Part shown: positions 9,681-18,471 of the stretch, piece by piece | How the letters are laid out: the number at the start of each line of letters is the position of its first letter | Position numbering within the stretch: position 1 is the first letter of the stretch | Source: Planctomycetota bacterium | Lineage (GTDB): Bacteria; Planctomycetota; UBA1135; UBA2386 | Length of the DNA: 64,000 bases | Direction of reading: 5' to 3' | Assembly: GCA_965223545.1 (NCBI GenBank) | Contig: OZ245006.1 | Span: 1,248,001-1,312,000, forward strand | Notes under the pieces: generated by a model | Database searches by the model: none | What the model was told of the DNA's origin: nothing | What the model saw: the letters and a program-made list of their open reading frames with translations, nothing else | Translations under genes and position numbers: made by a program

Positions 9681-10628
9681 ATGCAGATTCCCCCGCTCTC
9701 CCGCGACTCGCTCCTCGCCTTCACCGTTGCTCTGCTGCTCCCGGCTTCCGGCGCGGCGCAGGACGCGGCCACGGACAACAACGACGTTCTCCTCAGCGCT
9801 TGCCAGCGCATGGCCGGCCTCAACGCGGCCGCGTTTCGCACGATCACATTCGAAGACAACGCCCTGACGCGCAGGTTCCGGGGGTCGATGCCCGGCGGAG
9901 ACGACGACGTCGAGGTGGCGGGATCGTGGCTCAACGAGCTGCGCCACTACCGCACCAACTACGACGAGGACGAGATCCTCAGCTATCGCGGCCGGGCGGT
10001 GGCGAGGTCCGGCGGTGACTGGCTCGCCCGCAGCGACACCCTGGTCAGCGGCGGGAGGATGCCCTACCTGTTCGACCCGCACGTGCTGTTCGACACCCTG
10101 GTCGAGCGGGCCGACGGGCTCACCGTCCTGCACCGGGAGCGCCGCGAACTGCGCGACACCGAGGTCCTCGTGCTGGGGATGACTCTCGAGGGTGCGGCGG
10201 CGCGCGACTTCGTGCTGACTGGCTCCGTGCCCAAGTCGAGCGGCGGGCCGCGCATCATGATGAGCGGCATGGGCGGCGGCACTCCTCCCGAGGACGACTT
10301 CACGGTCGATCTCGCCCTCACCGTCGACCCCGCGACCCTGCTGGTACACCGCGTCCGGGTACGCACCTACCAAGAGAGCGCGTTCGCCGGCCAGATCCAG
10401 ATCTCCGGCCCGGGCGGCAATGTCGGTACCGAGGAAGCCGACCAACCCGTGGTCAGCGAGCACGATGAAGCCGGCAACCGGATCTACAAGCACGGTCTCC
10501 CGGTGCGCAACGTCGGCGAGGGCGTGACCTTGATCGATTTCGACGTGTCGTTCTCCGACCACGACCAACCCGCCGACGTCGAGATCGACGACCGCGCGCG
10601 GCGCCTGCTGCGCATGAAGCGAAGCTGA
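9681..10628 (+). CDS. Secreted hypothetical protein, possibly LolA-like beta fold
   Basis: Signal peptide (LLAFTVALLLPASGAA-Q), beta-rich sequence, host-like codon usage. The fold is a guess. Confidence 0.65.
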   Translation: MQIPPLSRDSLLAFTVALLLPASGAAQDAATDNNDVLLSACQRMAGLNAAAFRTITFEDNALTRRFRGSMPGGDDDVEVAGSWLNELRHYRTNYDEDEILSYRGRAVARSGGDWLARSDTLVSGGRMPYLFDPHVLFDTLVERADGLTVLHRERRELRDTEVLVLGMTLEGAAARDFVLTGSVPKSSGGPRIMMSGMGGGTPPEDDFTVDLALTVDPATLLVHRVRVRTYQESAFAGQIQISGPGGNVGTEEADQPVVSEHDEAGNRIYKHGLPVRNVGEGVTLIDFDVSFSDHDQPADVEIDDRARRLLRMKRS

Positions 10629-10744
10629 ACGGCCCGCAACCGCCGCGCTCACCGACGGATCGAAGCCGCCAGTGCAGCTGCTGGCGCCGAGTCGCCATCT
10701 CCCGCCAACGGGGTCCGGTATCCTGGTGTACCCGCGCGTTGGCC

Positions 10745-11320
10745 ATGACCGAGATCGACGACCTGAAGCTGGAGCTGCTGCCGGAGATCGGCGAGGGCTC
10801 CGCCGACTGCATCCCGCTCGTCTACGACGAGCTGCGCCGGCTCAGTGGCGCATTGCTCCGGCGCCAGCGCCGAGACCACACCCTGCAGCCGACGGCGCTG
10901 GTGCACGAGACTTGGATCAAGCTCGAGCGGGCCGGCATCTGTGCGTCGACCCCGAGGCCGGTGTTCTTGCGCGTCGCGGCCGTGGCGATGCGGCGCATCC
11001 TGATCAGCTGGGCCGCCGCGCGCAATGCCGCCAAGCGCGGCGACGGCCGCGCGCCCCGATCGCTCGAGGAGGTGCCGGAGCTCACCGTGGAGGTGCCGGG
11101 ATCGCAAATCGACCTGCTGGCGCTCGACGACGCGTTGCGTGCGCTCCGCCAGCACGACGCCAGAATGGCCCGCGTCGTCGAGCTGCGCTTCTTCGCCGGC
11201 TGCGACGTCGCCGAGACCGCCGCGGCCCTCGACGTCTCGACGGCAACAGTCGAGCGCGCCTGGCGTTTCGCACGCGCCTGGCTGCAACGCCGACTGGCCG
11301 GCGAGCAAAGCCGGCCATGA
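10745..11320 (+). CDS. ECF sigma factor, TIGR02999/ECF43-like (kinase-associated)
   Basis: LVYDELRRL, HTLQPTALVHE, AMRRILI, KRG, LLALDDAL, VVELRFFAG, TVER.WRFARAWL. Confidence 0.92.
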   Translation: MTEIDDLKLELLPEIGEGSADCIPLVYDELRRLSGALLRRQRRDHTLQPTALVHETWIKLERAGICASTPRPVFLRVAAVAMRRILISWAAARNAAKRGDGRAPRSLEEVPELTVEVPGSQIDLLALDDALRALRQHDARMARVVELRFFAGCDVAETAAALDVSTATVERAWRFARAWLQRRLAGEQSRP

Positions 11321-14300
11321 GCGACGGGGCGACGACTGGCTGGCGCCGCGTCGAGACGCTGTTCGCCGACGCCGTCGCGCTGCCCGTCGAGGCCCGGCCG
11401 GCCTTTCTCGATCGCGCGTGCGCGGGCGATGCGCGCCTTCGCAGCGAGGTCGAAGCCCTGCTGGCGCACGACCGCGGCGGTCCGCTCGACCGCGCGCCGC
11501 TGCGCATCGACATCGTCGATCCCGATCCGCTGCTGCGGGAGGACGCGATGATCGGGCGGTTCCGCCTGACCCGCCCGCTGGCCGAGGGCGGCATGGGCGC
11601 GGTCTGGCTGGCGGAGAGAGCCGACGGCGCGTTTCGGCAAGAGGTCGCGGTCAAGGTGTTGAAGCGCGGTCTCGATACGGCAACCGTTCTGCGCCGCTTC
11701 CACGAGGAGCGCCAGCTGCTGGCCGGTCTCGTCCACCGCAACATCGCGCGCCTCCTCGACGGTGGAGCGACCAGTGACGGACGCCCTTACCTGGTCTTGG
11801 AGCACGTCGACGGCATTCCGATCGACGTCTTCTGCCGCGAGCTGTCGGTCGAAGCCACCCTCCGCCTGTTCGCCAAGGTGTGCGACGCAGTGGGCCACGC
11901 CCACACGAATCTCGTGGTCCACCGAGACCTGAAGCCCTCCAACGTCCTGGTCACCGCGGCCGGCGAGCCCAAGCTGCTGGACTTCGGCATCGCCAAGCTT
12001 CTCGCCGAGAACCACACCGACATCACGCAGTACCAGCAGCACCCGATGACTCCACAGTACGCCAGCCCCGAGCAGATCCGCGGCGGTCAGGTCAGCACTG
12101 CCAGCGACGTCTATGCACTCGGCTTGTTGCTCTACGAACTACTCTCCGGGCAACGCGCGTACGAGCTCGCCGCATGTGACACCGAAGAACGCCGACGCGT
12201 GGTGCTGGAAGTCGTACCACCGGCGGTGAGTCAGGTGGTGCCAAGACCGCGGGCGCAGCTCCTGCGCGGCGACCTCGACGCCATCGTATCCACCGCGCTG
12301 CGCAAAGCGCCCGGGGAACGCTATGCCTCGGCGCGCGAGCTGGGCGCCGACATCTCCCGTTTCCTAGCCGGCCACCCGGTCATCGCCCGCGGCGACACGT
12401 GGGGCTATCGCACGGCCAAGTTCATTCGCCGCCATCGCGTCGCCATCGCCGCCTCCAGTGCGGCCCTCTTGGGGCTGTGCACGACCCTCGTCATGGCTGT
12501 CTGGATGTGGCAACGCGCCGAGACGCACGCCCGCGAATCGAGCTGGCGCGGCTACGCCGCCGCCCTCAATGCCGCCGACGCGGCGCTCGGCCTGCGCCGT
12601 GCCCCGGAGGAGGCGCGCTCGCTGCTAGCCGAGGTCGCGCCGGGCGACCGCGGCTGGGAGTGGCGCCACCTGTGGCAGCGCGCCAACCGCAGCCTGTGGT
12701 CGTCCGCCCTGCCGGGCCGGGGCTTCGCCACCGCGTTTCACCCCACCGATGCGATCCTCGCCGTCGGCGGCGGTTTGTCCAACAGTGCCGTCCTCGAGCT
12801 ACGCGATGGCGGCGACGGCGCGCTGGTCCGGGCCTTCGAGGGCCACGGCGCGCGCGTGCGCGACCTCGAGTTTTCGCCGGATGGCCGTTGGTTGGCGTCC
12901 GCCGCGGAAGACGGCACGGTGCGCGTGTGGGACGTCGGCAGCGGCGTCGAGTTGCGCCGGATCGAGATCGAGAGCCCGCTGGCGCTGGGCTTCGGCGGCG
13001 CGGGCCGGCACCTCGCCGCCGCCGGCGGCAGCGGGGACGCGCCGGTGCTGATGCTGCTGGATCTGGAGCAGGCCGTGCCCCCGCGACAAATCGCGATCGC
13101 CAGCCGGGCGTGGGCTCTGGACGTCGGCGATGCCGGGCAGCGCGTGGCGATCGGCTGTGACGACGGCTGTGTGCGCTTGGCCGACTTCTCCCGAGCGGAT
13201 CCGACCGTGTCCTGCACCGCGGCCGTCGATGGCACCCCAGTGCGCGCCGTCGCCTTCGCGCCGGCGATGGCGCGCCTGTTCGCAACGACCAGCGACGGCC
13301 GCTGCGCCGAGTTCGACCCAGCGACCCTGGCGCAGATCGACGCCTGGACCGGTCCGGCGCAGGCGTGGGGACTCGCCATCGAGCCGCGGCTCGGACTCAT
13401 CGCCTGGAGCTCGCAGGTCACGCAGGGAGGCATCAACGCGGTGTTGCTCACCGGTCTGCGCCGCGGCACCATCCGCGGCAGCTTCGTCGGCCACCGGTAT
13501 CCGGGCGGCGTCTGGGGCCTGGCGCTGTCGCCCGACGGAGAGCGTCTCGCCAGCACGTCGTGGGACCGCGAACTCTGCGTGTGGGACATCGAGGGCACGC
13601 CGGCCGCGTCGACCATCGACCCCGACCTCCCGCCGGCTCGGTGCGTCGCGGCCGGCGGTGACCAGTGGGTCGCAGGGCTCGAGTCGGGAGAGATCGTGGT
13701 CTGGGACGCGGTCACCACCGCCCGGCGGGTACGGCGCGGCCTACACGCTCAATCCGTCGCCGCGGTGTGTGTCACGGCGAACGACGGGATCGTCAGCGCC
13801 AGCGGCAACCGAGTCTGCTTCGGCGTCGAGCGTCCGCGGTGGCACACTCTTGACGCGCCGGTCACGGCTCTGGGCACCGCCAGCGCGCTGGACGGTGTTC
13901 TGGTGGGAATGACCAACGGCACACTGGTGCAGCTGACCGCGGCGGGCGCCGGCCGCGTGCTGCAGAAGCAGCCCGACACGAGCATCACCGCCATCGCGAG
14001 CTCGCCGAGCGTAGAACACGCCCTCATCGCCCGCACCGCGGGACCGAACGGCGGCACGCTCGACCGACTGGCGCTGCCGGCCGCGGGCCTGGAATGGCGC
14101 GTCGGTCTCGAGGACGAGCCTGTCGACGTCGCGCTGTTGACCGGTGCGCCGCCGCGCGTCGCGGTCGCGCTGCGCGGCGACCGGCTGCACTTCTTCGCCA
14201 CCGGCGATGGCGCGTGCATTCGCCGCGTGCCCGACACTCCGGGAAGCTGGCGCCTCAACGCCTTGGCAGTCCTGCCGGCAGGACGCCTGGCGAGCGCGGG

Positions 14301-14625
14301 GACCGAGCTCGCACTGCGCATCTGGGCCCCCACTCGGACCGGCCCGTTGCTCGCGTTGCGCGAGCCCGCGGTGAACATCCGCGCGTTGGCCTTCGACCCC
14401 GAGACACAGGTGCTCATCGGCGCCGTGCGCGACGGAGGACTCGCCCTCTGGCACGCGCGGGTCCCGGCCGCGATGGCCGGCCCGGCGGCGGCACGGCGGG
14501 CCTGGGAAACCGCTCCGGACGCAGAAGCCGCCCTCCAACGACTGCGCGCGCACCGCTGGCTCGACGAGAGCTCCGCGCGCGACGCCGCCGCAACGCTGCT
14601 CCGGCTCTCCTCGCCGGGGCATTGA
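11317..14625 (+). CDS. Ser/Thr protein kinase with a transmembrane segment and WD40 repeats
   Basis: GGMGAVWLA, VAVK, HRDLKPSN, DFG, TPQYASPE, GDLDAIV..AL; hydrophobic segment; RGWEW; GH..VRDLEFSPDG..DGTVRVWD repeats. ATGA overlap with the sigma gene. Confidence 0.93.
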   Translation: MSDGATTGWRRVETLFADAVALPVEARPAFLDRACAGDARLRSEVEALLAHDRGGPLDRAPLRIDIVDPDPLLREDAMIGRFRLTRPLAEGGMGAVWLAERADGAFRQEVAVKVLKRGLDTATVLRRFHEERQLLAGLVHRNIARLLDGGATSDGRPYLVLEHVDGIPIDVFCRELSVEATLRLFAKVCDAVGHAHTNLVVHRDLKPSNVLVTAAGEPKLLDFGIAKLLAENHTDITQYQQHPMTPQYASPEQIRGGQVSTASDVYALGLLLYELLSGQRAYELAACDTEERRRVVLEVVPPAVSQVVPRPRAQLLRGDLDAIVSTALRKAPGERYASARELGADISRFLAGHPVIARGDTWGYRTAKFIRRHRVAIAASSAALLGLCTTLVMAVWMWQRAETHARESSWRGYAAALNAADAALGLRRAPEEARSLLAEVAPGDRGWEWRHLWQRANRSLWSSALPGRGFATAFHPTDAILAVGGGLSNSAVLELRDGGDGALVRAFEGHGARVRDLEFSPDGRWLASAAEDGTVRVWDVGSGVELRRIEIESPLALGFGGAGRHLAAAGGSGDAPVLMLLDLEQAVPPRQIAIASRAWALDVGDAGQRVAIGCDDGCVRLADFSRADPTVSCTAAVDGTPVRAVAFAPAMARLFATTSDGRCAEFDPATLAQIDAWTGPAQAWGLAIEPRLGLIAWSSQVTQGGINAVLLTGLRRGTIRGSFVGHRYPGGVWGLALSPDGERLASTSWDRELCVWDIEGTPAASTIDPDLPPARCVAAGGDQWVAGLESGEIVVWDAVTTARRVRRGLHAQSVAAVCVTANDGIVSASGNRVCFGVERPRWHTLDAPVTALGTASALDGVLVGMTNGTLVQLTAAGAGRVLQKQPDTSITAIASSPSVEHALIARTAGPNGGTLDRLALPAAGLEWRVGLEDEPVDVALLTGAPPRVAVALRGDRLHFFATGDGACIRRVPDTPGSWRLNALAVLPAGRLASAGTELALRIWAPTRTGPLLALREPAVNIRALAFDPETQVLIGAVRDGGLALWHARVPAAMAGPAAARRAWETAPDAEAALQRLRAHRWLDESSARDAAATLLRLSSPGH

Positions 14626-14657
14626 TCCGGCGGAAAGCCTCGGCGCCGGGCCGGTCG

Positions 14658-15746
14658 TCACATGTCGAACTCGACCACCAAGCCCGAGTTCTTCCTCACG
14701 GTTCCGGTCGGCCCCTGCGAGCCCGCGACGTAGACCGTACCGATCGGCGAAGCGGGATGTGGCGCGACGATGTGGTGCCGGGCACCGTCACTGAACACCA
14801 AGCCAAAGCTATTGGCGGTCGCATCGGGTGCCACGACCTGACTGAGGATGGTCAGCCCGCTGAAGTTCGGCGTCACGTTCATGCCGATCGAGAAGGTGAA
14901 GTTTCCAGCCGCGTCGGTGAACGTCGGAATCGTCAGCAGATAGTCGGTCAGCACGGTACACGCGCCAGATGGTGCGCTCTGCGTCCCCGGCAGAACGAAC
15001 GGCAAGGGCAACGGACCGAACGCGGTTTGGCTCGTACCGAGAGCAATCGAGACGAGCGAGCTCTTCGGCAGCCGGAAGCCGTTCAGCCGCAAGCTGATCG
15101 CGTTGCCCGCCCAGTTGCCCGATGCACTCGGTTGGATCTCCACCGGCAACGTCGATCCCGTCGTGATGCAGCCGGTGCCATAGCGAGCGAACGCCGGGGC
15201 CGGGTTGGGGTTGGCGCCCCCGGTGTTGTCGAACCAGATCGCGGATGGCTGAGTACGAGAGTGGACGACGATCTCGACACACAGCGGTCCCCCACCGCCG
15301 AAGGCGAATGGGGTCGAGAACGGCAACCGGTAGTCGAAGGGCTCGGCGAATCCAGTGGGCACGGTCTGTGGGAAGCTGACCAACGCGAACCGCGCCGCGG
15401 CCGCTCGGTCGGAGCCATGGTTGGCCGCCAGCGTCGCCGACGGGTTGCTCGCCGTCGTCTGCGCCGTCGACAGGAAGACACTGACCAACATCGAAGACGC
15501 GGGCAGCGTGGTGTTCGCCGCGACTGCGTCGCGGCGAAACGCGACCCCCTTGATGACACCGGCGCGACCCGCCATCTCGTCGTACACCGCAAGGTGGACC
15601 GCCGGAGTCGCCGTACCGCCGATCGCGAAGGTTTCGAAGAACGGTCCCTCGGTCGTCGCGAAGCTGGAGGGACTGACAAACGGCTGTGCGGCCGCTGGGA
15701 CGCAGAGGACGAGCCCGGCGAGGGCGAAGAACGGAGGATGCTGCAT
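14658..15746 (-). CDS. Secreted hypothetical protein with a lineage-type C-terminal beta domain
   Basis: Signal peptide (FFALAGLVLCVPAAA-Q), YGTGC, TDAAGN...SGLTILSQ...D...N.FGLVFSDG. Confidence 0.75.
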   Translation of the reverse strand: MQHPPFFALAGLVLCVPAAAQPFVSPSSFATTEGPFFETFAIGGTATPAVHLAVYDEMAGRAGVIKGVAFRRDAVAANTTLPASSMLVSVFLSTAQTTASNPSATLAANHGSDRAAAARFALVSFPQTVPTGFAEPFDYRLPFSTPFAFGGGGPLCVEIVVHSRTQPSAIWFDNTGGANPNPAPAFARYGTGCITTGSTLPVEIQPSASGNWAGNAISLRLNGFRLPKSSLVSIALGTSQTAFGPLPLPFVLPGTQSAPSGACTVLTDYLLTIPTFTDAAGNFTFSIGMNVTPNFSGLTILSQVVAPDATANSFGLVFSDGARHHIVAPHPASPIGTVYVAGSQGPTGTVRKNSGLVVEFDM

Positions 15747-15895
15747 TGGTTCGGGGAACAAGGCTCGGAGAGACGACCGGGCACCCACCGGCGTCGAAAC
15801 CACGTACGCCGACCGGCCCTACCCCCGTCGACCGCGAACCAGCCGCTCGACCGTCAAGATTTTGCGACTCCCGCCGCCGCCTCCGGCGTGGATCG

Positions 15896-16951
15896 CTATT
15901 CCTCCAGCCGCACCGCGTGTTCGCCCGCGGCGACGACTTCACCGATCGATGCCGCGGTCGCGCCCGCCTCGCGCAACCGGCGAAGGGCAACCTCTTCCTC
16001 CGCCGCGGGCAAGGTCACCAGCAGTCCGCCGGAGGTCTCGGCGTCATGGCAAAGGCGCACCAGGTCGACATCGACCCCAGCCCCCGCCACGGCCACACCA
16101 GCCAAGGTCGCCTGGCCGCGCTTTGCCGCGCCGGTGATGACCCCGTCCCGCACCAAGTCGAGCGCACCGCTGAACACGGGCAAGCGCGACGCCGCGAGCC
16201 GCAGCGTCACGCCGGCGCCCCGCGCCATCTCCGCGCCGTGCCCCATCAGCCCGAAACCGGTGACATCGGTGCAGCCGGAGACGTTCGACTCGGCCAGCGC
16301 CTCCGCCGCGGCCTTGTTGAGGGTCGCCATCTGCTGCATGGCACTCTCCTGCATCTCGTCGCTCGCGCGACCACGCTTGATCGCCGCCGACACCGGCCCC
16401 ATGCCCAAGGGCTTGGTCAGCAGCACGACGTCGCCGACCCGCGCCCCACTGTTGCGCCAGAACCGGTCGGGATGAACCAGACCGGTCACCGACAGGCCGA
16501 ACTTGATCTCGGAGTCGACCACCGAGTGTCCCCCGCACAGCGCGGCGCCCGCCTCCCGCACCTTCTCCAACCCGCCGGCGAGAATCTCGCCGAGCACCGA
16601 TACGTCGACTTCCTTCGGCCAACAAACCAGGTTGAGCGCGGTGAGCGCGCGTCCCCCCATCGCGTAGACGTCGGACAGCGCGTTGGCCGCCGCGATGCGG
16701 CCGAACCACCGCGGGTCGTCGACGACGGGCGGGAAGAAGTCGACGGTCTGCACCAGCGCGCGCTCGGCATCGAGCCGGAACACACCGGCGTCCTCCAGCC
16801 CCTCGGTGCCGGCCAGCAGGTCGGGGTGGTTCAGCGGACCCAGAGAATCGAGAACCTGCCCGAGGCTCCCGGAAGGCAGCTTGGCCGCTCAACCACCGCC
16901 CGAGGCGAACTCGGTCAAGCGATGCGAACGCTGCGGCTGGCAATCGGACAT
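15896..16951 (-). CDS. selD: Selenide, water dikinase (selenophosphate synthetase), Sec-containing (UGA at codon 21)
   Basis: RLTEFASGGG-U-AAKL reads in frame into EDAGVFRL, VQTVDFFPPVVDDP..FGRIAAANALSDVYAMGG, GGHS, LLTKPLG, TDVTGFGLMGH, DAETSGGLL. TGA lies at 16889-16891. Confidence 0.93.
16853..16882 (-). promoter_or_regulatory. Candidate bacterial SECIS stem-loop just 3' of the selD UGA
   Basis: On the mRNA: AAG-CUGCC-(14 nt)-GGCAG-GUU, starting 6 nt after the UGA. Pairing judged by eye only. Confidence 0.4.
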
Positions 16952-16979
16952 GTCAGACAAACTCCAGTCGGGAGAAACC

Positions 16980-18368
16980 TCAGCGCAACCGTTGCCGCAC
17001 CAGACCTGCGACCGTGTCCAGGGACTCGAGCTCCAGGCTGCGCAGATCGAGGAGCACTTGGCCGCGCTCGACGCGGGCGAAGATCGGCGGGCCATCGACC
17101 GGCGCACGCAGCGCGTCGGCCGCTGCGGCCCCACCGTCGACCGCCACCGCGAAGGAGGGCAACGGTCGCGCCGGGTTGGCGCCGCTGCCAGCGAACGACT
17201 CGGTCGGCACCACGGTGGCGCCCAGCGGCGCGAGTGCCCCGGCAAGCGTTTTGGCGCGGCTCTCGAGGTGGTCCGGCGACACCGTCAGCATGCGCAGAGT
17301 GGGAATCTCTCGCAGCGGATCACCGTCGCGGTAGATCGCCAGCGTCGCTTCCAGAGCGGCCAGGGTGAGCTTGTCGCACCGAAACGCCCGGTACAGCGGA
17401 TGCGCGCGCACACGCGCGACCAGCGCGCGATCGCCGACGATCAACCCACACTGGGGTCCGCCCATCAGCTTGTCGCCGGAGAAACAACAGAGGTGCACGC
17501 CACTGGCGACCACGTCGGCGACGCGCGGCTCACCCACGCCCGGCACCGGCTCGCGCGCCAGCAAGCCGGAACCCAGATCGTCGATCACGCACAGACCGCG
17601 CTCTCGGCCGAGCACGGCGATCTCCTCGCGCGCCGGGAACGCGGTGAAGCCCAAGACGAGGAAGTTGCTCGGATGCACCAAGAGGAGCGCCGCCGTGCGC
17701 TCGCCGATCGCGCCGGCGAAGTCGCGCAGATGCGTGCGGTTGGTGGTCCCCACCTCGACCATCTGACAGCCCGCCTGCGCCATGACGTCGGGCATCCGGA
17801 AACCACCGCCGATCTCCACCAGCTGCCCGCGCGACACCACGACCTCGCTGCCCGCCGCAATCGCCGCCAGCACCAACGTCGTCGCCGCCGCGTTGTTGTT
17901 GACCACCAACGCACCCGTGGCCCCGGTCAGGTCACACAGCATGGCCGCCACCGCCTCCTCGCGCTCGTTGCGCTGACCGGTGCGCGGATCGAGCTCGACC
18001 ACCGCGTAGCCACCCGCATCCTGGGCCGCGCGCCGTGCGGCGTCGGCCAGCGGGGCGCGGCCGATGCCGGTGTGCAGCACCACGCCAGTGGCGTTGATCA
18101 CGGCCCGGTGCCGCGCCGCCAGGGCCTGGCGACCGCGGCGCTGCAGCTCGTCAGAAACTGCGGCATCGCCGAAACACCGCTGCACGGCGGCGGCGTCCAG
18201 CCGGCTGGCCCGCACCGCCTCGCGCACCTCGTCGAGGTACTCGCGCGCGACGCGCACCGCGACCGATCGCGGCAGCTCCGCCAGAGCCACGCGCCGCAGC
18301 AGCGCATCCAGCGACGGAATCCGGCGCAGCGCATCGGCGGCCTGCGAGCTCGGATGCGAAGTGGTCAT
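16980..18368 (-). CDS. selA: L-seryl-tRNA(Sec) selenium transferase
   Basis: LRRIPSLD, VINATGVVLHTGIGRAPL, ALVVNNNAAA, VSRGQLVEIGGGFRMPDVM, EVGTTNRTH, VHPSNF, DLGSG, FSGDKLMGGPQCG. Confidence 0.96.
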   Translation of the reverse strand: MTTSHPSSQAADALRRIPSLDALLRRVALAELPRSVAVRVAREYLDEVREAVRASRLDAAAVQRCFGDAAVSDELQRRGRQALAARHRAVINATGVVLHTGIGRAPLADAARRAAQDAGGYAVVELDPRTGQRNEREEAVAAMLCDLTGATGALVVNNNAAATTLVLAAIAAGSEVVVSRGQLVEIGGGFRMPDVMAQAGCQMVEVGTTNRTHLRDFAGAIGERTAALLLVHPSNFLVLGFTAFPAREEIAVLGRERGLCVIDDLGSGLLAREPVPGVGEPRVADVVASGVHLCCFSGDKLMGGPQCGLIVGDRALVARVRAHPLYRAFRCDKLTLAALEATLAIYRDGDPLREIPTLRMLTVSPDHLESRAKTLAGALAPLGATVVPTESFAGSGANPARPLPSFAVAVDGGAAAADALRAPVDGPPIFARVERGQVLLDLRSLELESLDTVAGLVRQRLR

Positions 18369-18471
18369 GCAGCAGCAAAGATACGCCCCGCACCGCGGTT
18401 GTGACCCCAAAAGACCAAGGCGTTCGCCGCCGAGTTGATGTCGCCGCGCGCAGTCCTAAGCTCGGCCGCCG

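Noticed and set aside
15896..16951. selD as a pseudogene or N-terminally truncated gene
   Set aside because: The only stop is a TGA exactly at the catalytic Cys position, the frame is intact and selA is adjacent.
15750..18470. tRNA-Sec (selC) or selB near selA/selD
   Set aside because: No UCA-anticodon cloverleaf or SelB-like GTPase was seen in the window; they are presumably elsewhere.
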